A stretch of 20,000 nt of DNA from an uncultured virus (IMG/VR IMGVR_UViG_3300012013_000859) (Duplodnaviria; Heunggongvirae; Uroviricota; Caudoviricetes): IMG/VR virus record IMGVR_UViG_3300012013_000859; one strand, written 5' to 3'. The notes beneath the pieces are model-generated. The model was not told the origin of the DNA and ran no database searches. It was given only the letters and a program-made list of their open reading frames with translations. Positions 15,863-20,000 of the stretch are shown piece after piece (the first letter of the stretch is position 1; the number at the start of each line of letters is the position of its first letter). A program made the position numbers and the translations under genes.

Positions 15863-17074
15863 TTATTTATTGTATCTGTTTAAATTAATTCGTTTTGGAT
15901 CCATATATGGATGCGCATATAATTCAGTATAACAGTCAATATTTGCATCATTTTCTAAGAATCGTTGTTCTGCAACTTGCCGTCTTTTGACTGAATTATC
16001 TCTAAAATGTGTTAAAGATTTTAAATTAGCATCAATACATTCAACCATTTCATCACCAGTGTTGAATTTAATTTCAGCATCTTCATATGTGCACATATTT
16101 TGACATGCAACTGGTAGACCATAACAACAAGCTTCAATATATTTTAAGTCACTTTTAGACTTATTAAAGTTATTATTTTGTAATGGAGCAACTAACATTT
16201 GAACATTTAAGTCGTAAATCGCTTTTGGGTAATCGTAAAAACGAGCCCAATTGTGGAATTCAATGTCACCATTTTCAATGTATGGTCGTAACCGTAATGG
16301 GAATGCTCCCATAAATACCCATTTATACTTATGACGGGTTTTAATAATAGTGTCAATTACATGATCGAAATCATCTTTTTGATTTATTTTATTATCTACA
16401 TCAAAGTGTGCACCTGATCCAGCATATAATATACGCGGGCGTTTTCTATTAGTATTGAAATCATTAGAAATTTTTGTTAGATTATAAAAATTGCCCATCC
16501 ACCATCTAGGAATAAAATTGGGTATAATTGTAACTTCTTGTTTGTTACATTTTTCTTTATAATAATCTCGCATGAATTTATTGGTAACTGTAACTTCATC
16601 ACACAACCTTATAATTTCTAAACTAGAATTTCTAATTTCATCAGATGTAAATGCAAATTTAAATTTATTGTAATCTGGAATATCTTCCCTAAAAATTACA
16701 TCATCAACCTCATAAATTAATCTAAATTTACAATCTTGTTGAATTGATTTCAAGAATTTAATAAATTGTAATTGAGCTGGTGTTGCTTGACGTTGTACTC
16801 GTACTACTTTTACATTTTGATAATATCTAGGATCAATAATCATTACTGTAGATTCATGAACCATTGTTTTTTGGTGGGCATTCAATAAATGAGCAATCCA
16901 CGACATTCTATACATTCCACATCCTGAATAATCTGCATTATAATGTATAACACGATTTAAATCATTTTCAGGTGGTGTTATTTCTTTAGGTGGTTGTTGT
17001 GCAACCACAATATTGCTACCCATAGGTAGTTGAATGTTATTTGAAAATGGTAAATAGTTAGCAAACATGTACAT
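15863..17074 (-). CDS. GT-B fold (GT4-like) glycosyltransferase
   Basis: GCGMYRM, YEVDD, CDEVTVTNKFMRDYY, IIPNF, ILYAGS, and APLQNNNFNKSKSDLKYIEACCYGLPV (GT4-like donor-binding region). The start may be the ATG at 17068. Confidence 0.85.
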   Translation of the reverse strand: MYMFANYLPFSNNIQLPMGSNIVVAQQPPKEITPPENDLNRVIHYNADYSGCGMYRMSWIAHLLNAHQKTMVHESTVMIIDPRYYQNVKVVRVQRQATPAQLQFIKFLKSIQQDCKFRLIYEVDDVIFREDIPDYNKFKFAFTSDEIRNSSLEIIRLCDEVTVTNKFMRDYYKEKCNKQEVTIIPNFIPRWWMGNFYNLTKISNDFNTNRKRPRILYAGSGAHFDVDNKINQKDDFDHVIDTIIKTRHKYKWVFMGAFPLRLRPYIENGDIEFHNWARFYDYPKAIYDLNVQMLVAPLQNNNFNKSKSDLKYIEACCYGLPVACQNMCTYEDAEIKFNTGDEMVECIDANLKSLTHFRDNSVKRRQVAEQRFLENDANIDCYTELYAHPYMDPKRINLNRYNK

Positions 17075-17077
17075 GAT

Positions 17078-17105
17078 TATTTACATGTTTGTAATATTAA
17101 ATCAA
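17078..17105 (-). promoter_or_regulatory. Promoter for the glycosyltransferase (TTGATT-N16-TAAATA)
   Basis: Intergenic TTGATT and TAAATA elements; could be read as early/middle and/or late type. Confidence 0.45.
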
Positions 17106-17116
17106 TGCATTATTTT

Positions 17117-18925
17117 TTAAATAAATGGATTATAATTAATTCGTTTTGTTTGTCCGCTTTTTTTCTCTAAAAATATAATATTATCAGTAACAGCTTTGAT
17201 ACTTTCTTTTCTATGTGAAATAATTATTACACATTCGTTATATTTTTCAACGCGTTCTTTTAATATATTAGTTACTTGATCTATTCCTTTTTCATCTAAA
17301 CTTGAATCAAACAATTCATCGTAAATGCTTAAATTGTATGTAATATCACCTTGCAATCTGCGCATATCCATGAATGCAAATAAACATGCTAGATCAATGT
17401 CTTTTCTTTCGGCGCCGCTAAAGTTAAAATATGAACATATCTTACCTTTTTCATTGATAATTTCTTCTTCAAAATATTCATTGAAAACACAATAGCTGTT
17501 TGCATTCATTTTTTTAAGATATTGCATTAATTTGTTATTAAATACTTCCAATATTTTATTTACAATGTAAGATTTAACACCTTCTTCTGATACGATAAAT
17601 TTAACTGTATCAAGTAAATTATTCGTTAATTTTAATTTGTTTACATTTTCTTGTAATGTTTTTAGTTTTAATTTATTACTAATAATTAACGAATCAACAT
17701 CAGTATTTTCATTTTTAAGTTGTAGAATATCTGTATCTAATTGACATAACCATTCTATAAGTCTTTTAAGTCGTTCTTCAACATTTAATTTTTCTTGAGT
17801 TTTTAATTTGTTACTATTGATACTAGTATTACATTTATCAATTAATTCTTTAATCGTCTCTTTTTTTTGTTTTAGTGTATTGATTTTTTCAATTGATACC
17901 TTGACATCTTTTTGTAAGAGATTAATTTTTGTTTGTAGTAATTGTTTTTCTTGTTCAATAATATCCAAATCGTGTTCTAGTATAGGTCGTAAACAAACAG
18001 GACAATTATTGTTTTTTGTACCAATTTTATTTAGCTGTGTTTCAATATTTTGTATATCTCTACTTACAATAGTGCGACTCTCATTATGTATATCAATACG
18101 ACATTCACATTCTTCTAAACCAGCTTTTAATTTTTGTAATTTTTCATTAAAATTGTCAATTGATTCAATTTTAATATTGTTTAATGTTTGAATCAATGTT
18201 GACTTTTCTTTACTATTGTCAATTTTGCGTTGCTCATAAACCGCAATTTTTTCAGATCGACTTTTAAGTATATTTTCTTTTTGTTGCTGCAAGGCTTTAC
18301 AATTATTGTCTATTTCTTCAAATTTGGTTAATTCTATTTCATATAATTTTTTATTATTATTGACATCTTCTCTAGCTAAAGATAACATTTTACTGAAAAT
18401 TTCTAGATTAAATATACTTTCAATAAATTTACGTTTCTCAACTTTACTTTTAGCCATGAATGGTATACTACTATTCAATGACATAATAACACAATTTTCA
18501 AATAAACTTGGGGTAGCATTCAACAATTTAAAAATATATTCTTCAGTATTTTTAATTGTATCACGGGTTATATCTTTACCGTTTTCATACAAATATAATT
18601 TAGACGGGTTCAATGTACGAATAATTTGATATACTGTGCAGATTTTATTTTCAATAATATCAAAATCTAAAATAACTTCACATGTACTATTGGTATAGTT
18701 GTTCGGTATTAAGTCCTTTTTTAGTTCTCTTAACGTTTGACCGAAAATTGCAAAGTATACACTTTCAATTACAGATGACTTACCTACCCCGTTCCGTCTA
18801 TCTGTTTTATCTCTATTTATACCTGTAATTAAATGTATACCTGGAGTAAATTCAATTTCAACTGGCGTTTTACCAATTGATAAAAAATTAAATATTTTTA
18901 CCTTTTTAAAATTTACATTTTTCAT
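17117..18925 (-). CDS. gp46: Recombination ATPase subunit, T4 gp46 / Rad50 / SbcC-like
   Basis: NFLSIG, Walker A NGVGKSS, long coiled coil with CPVC zinc hook, signature FSGAE, Walker B/D-loop DELFDSSLD, IISH. Confidence 0.95.
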   Translation of the reverse strand: MKNVNFKKVKIFNFLSIGKTPVEIEFTPGIHLITGINRDKTDRRNGVGKSSVIESVYFAIFGQTLRELKKDLIPNNYTNSTCEVILDFDIIENKICTVYQIIRTLNPSKLYLYENGKDITRDTIKNTEEYIFKLLNATPSLFENCVIMSLNSSIPFMAKSKVEKRKFIESIFNLEIFSKMLSLAREDVNNNKKLYEIELTKFEEIDNNCKALQQQKENILKSRSEKIAVYEQRKIDNSKEKSTLIQTLNNIKIESIDNFNEKLQKLKAGLEECECRIDIHNESRTIVSRDIQNIETQLNKIGTKNNNCPVCLRPILEHDLDIIEQEKQLLQTKINLLQKDVKVSIEKINTLKQKKETIKELIDKCNTSINSNKLKTQEKLNVEERLKRLIEWLCQLDTDILQLKNENTDVDSLIISNKLKLKTLQENVNKLKLTNNLLDTVKFIVSEEGVKSYIVNKILEVFNNKLMQYLKKMNANSYCVFNEYFEEEIINEKGKICSYFNFSGAERKDIDLACLFAFMDMRRLQGDITYNLSIYDELFDSSLDEKGIDQVTNILKERVEKYNECVIIISHRKESIKAVTDNIIFLEKKSGQTKRINYNPFI

Positions 18926-19968
18926 TTTGCATTACGATATAAGTTAATCGTGTAGTTAATAATTTCACTTTTATTGTTAATATCCATCAAATTTATAAAT
19001 TCTGTAATTGCTTGTTCAATATCAATACCTGAAAAGTCTTTTTTATCGGAAGATAAATCATATTCATTTACTGTAAAATCATAATCAATTATAAGTTGTG
19101 CTGGTAAATATTGTTTTATTTTAGTAATTAATATTTCTGCATGTTCTGGACTAATCCGTCTATCAATTCGTAATTTAATTAGATTATTGTAAATATGTTT
19201 TTTATCATTATTTGTAATCGTACCTTGTTTGGTTAACTCTGATAACAATATATTAAAATGTTTAGGTGATATTTTATTAGCTGTAAATTTGTACGTACTA
19301 GTTAATACATCAATAATATAATACCCCTTGACTAATGTTGCATCTGAAAAGTCCATTTGAAAAGGATTCCCAACATATACTATACCTTTACCGTCATAAA
19401 AACGTTCATCTCTATTATGAAAATGACCGGTGAAGATTATATTACCTTTTTCAATTAAATCTGAACTTTTCAATCCATCTACACATACTGTATGTGTATT
19501 CATTTTAAATGATGAAATTTCAAAATGTCCAAATATTATATCTGCTTTTGGTATATCTACTAATTTTGATCCCCATGGTACAAACGCAATTGTTTTATCA
19601 TTATGTTGAATGGTTGTGATTGTATCAATAACTGTTATATTTTGCCATTTTTTAAATGGTTGTAATGAATTAATTTCACTACTATCCTTTAGAAAACAGT
19701 CATGGTTACCACATAAAATTATCAAATTGAAATCGTTAAAATTTTCAAGTATTTTTGACGCTTCGTGTAGAGTATTAACAGCTATTTCATCCCGGAAATG
19801 AAATAGGTCACCGCTAATTACAATATCCTTAATTTTCTTTTTGCGTAATTCATCACATAACCAAACTGCCCAGTCATTTGTTACTTTATGCCAAAAGGCG
19901 CTATTTTGATGAACCCCTATATGTATATCTGCAATACAACAAATCTGGTCACCATAAAACTTAATCAT
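18922..19968 (-). CDS. gp47: Recombination nuclease subunit, T4 gp47 / Mre11 / SbcD-like
   Basis: Metallophosphoesterase motifs ADIHIG, GDLFH, GNHD, FGHFE, GHFH, YVGNP; coupled to gp46 (ATGA overlap). Confidence 0.95.
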   Translation of the reverse strand: MIKFYGDQICCIADIHIGVHQNSAFWHKVTNDWAVWLCDELRKKKIKDIVISGDLFHFRDEIAVNTLHEASKILENFNDFNLIILCGNHDCFLKDSSEINSLQPFKKWQNITVIDTITTIQHNDKTIAFVPWGSKLVDIPKADIIFGHFEISSFKMNTHTVCVDGLKSSDLIEKGNIIFTGHFHNRDERFYDGKGIVYVGNPFQMDFSDATLVKGYYIIDVLTSTYKFTANKISPKHFNILLSELTKQGTITNNDKKHIYNNLIKLRIDRRISPEHAEILITKIKQYLPAQLIIDYDFTVNEYDLSSDKKDFSGIDIEQAITEFINLMDINNKSEIINYTINLYRNAK

Positions 19969-20000
19969 TCACATCATTATAATTGTCGTCACCATCATTA
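19961..20000 (-). CDS. Acidic C-terminal tail of an upstream gene (possibly the gp55 late sigma factor by T4-like synteny)
   Basis: Frame reads ...NDGDDNYNDVND* with the stop overlapping the gp47 start. Identity is inferred only from gene order. Confidence 0.35.
   Translation of the reverse strand, partial: NDGDDNYNDVND

Noticed and set aside
960..19801. Short alternative-frame or antisense ORFs in the track (960..1211, 3228..3449, 3849..4142, 4387..4572, 4707..5135, 4909..5091, 6998..7276, 9972..10178, 10227..10469, 10512..10724, 12070..12252, 12304..12489, 13485..13832, 17808..18191, 18306..18629, 19610..19801)
   Set aside because: All overlap well-supported longer genes, lack recognisable motifs, and have the composition typical of shadow ORFs.
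1..20000. Stop-codon reassignment (seen in some large phages)
   Set aside because: Core genes are full length under the standard code, and TAA, TAG and TGA all end genes at sensible positions.
1..20000. CRISPR array, tRNA, rRNA, large structured ncRNA or replication-origin iterons
   Set aside because: All intergenic gaps are under about 100 bp once the small ORFs are counted. No periodic repeats or cloverleaf patterns were seen by eye.

Overview
Strongly AT-rich, gene-dense segment of a large T4-like dsDNA bacteriophage. It carries the replication/recombination module, almost all on the minus strand. Reading right to left: gp47 and gp46 (Mre11/Rad50-like), a GT-B glycosyltransferase, a 48-aa ORF missed by the ORF track, family B DNA polymerase (gp43), a small Sm-like hypothetical, UvsX, a divergent QueC-like PP-loop ATPase, an Ntn (class II) glutamine amidotransferase, a GT-A glycosyltransferase, gp41 helicase, a DHH phosphoesterase, a probable gp59, gp32 SSB, gp45 clamp, several hypotheticals and gp61 primase. 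Two plus-strand ORFs sit behind T4-late-type TAAATA promoters. The best candidate for an undescribed system is the amidotransferase, the zinc-site-less QueC and two glycosyltransferases embedded in the replisome genes, which may form a non-canonical DNA (or protein) hypermodification pathway. A repeated promoter motif (GGAA[A/C]-N5-TAnnAT, usually with a TTGATT -35) precedes primase, polymerase, QueC and the amidotransferase, and many transcripts appear near-leaderless. All product calls come from motifs and synteny recognised by eye; no database searches were run.
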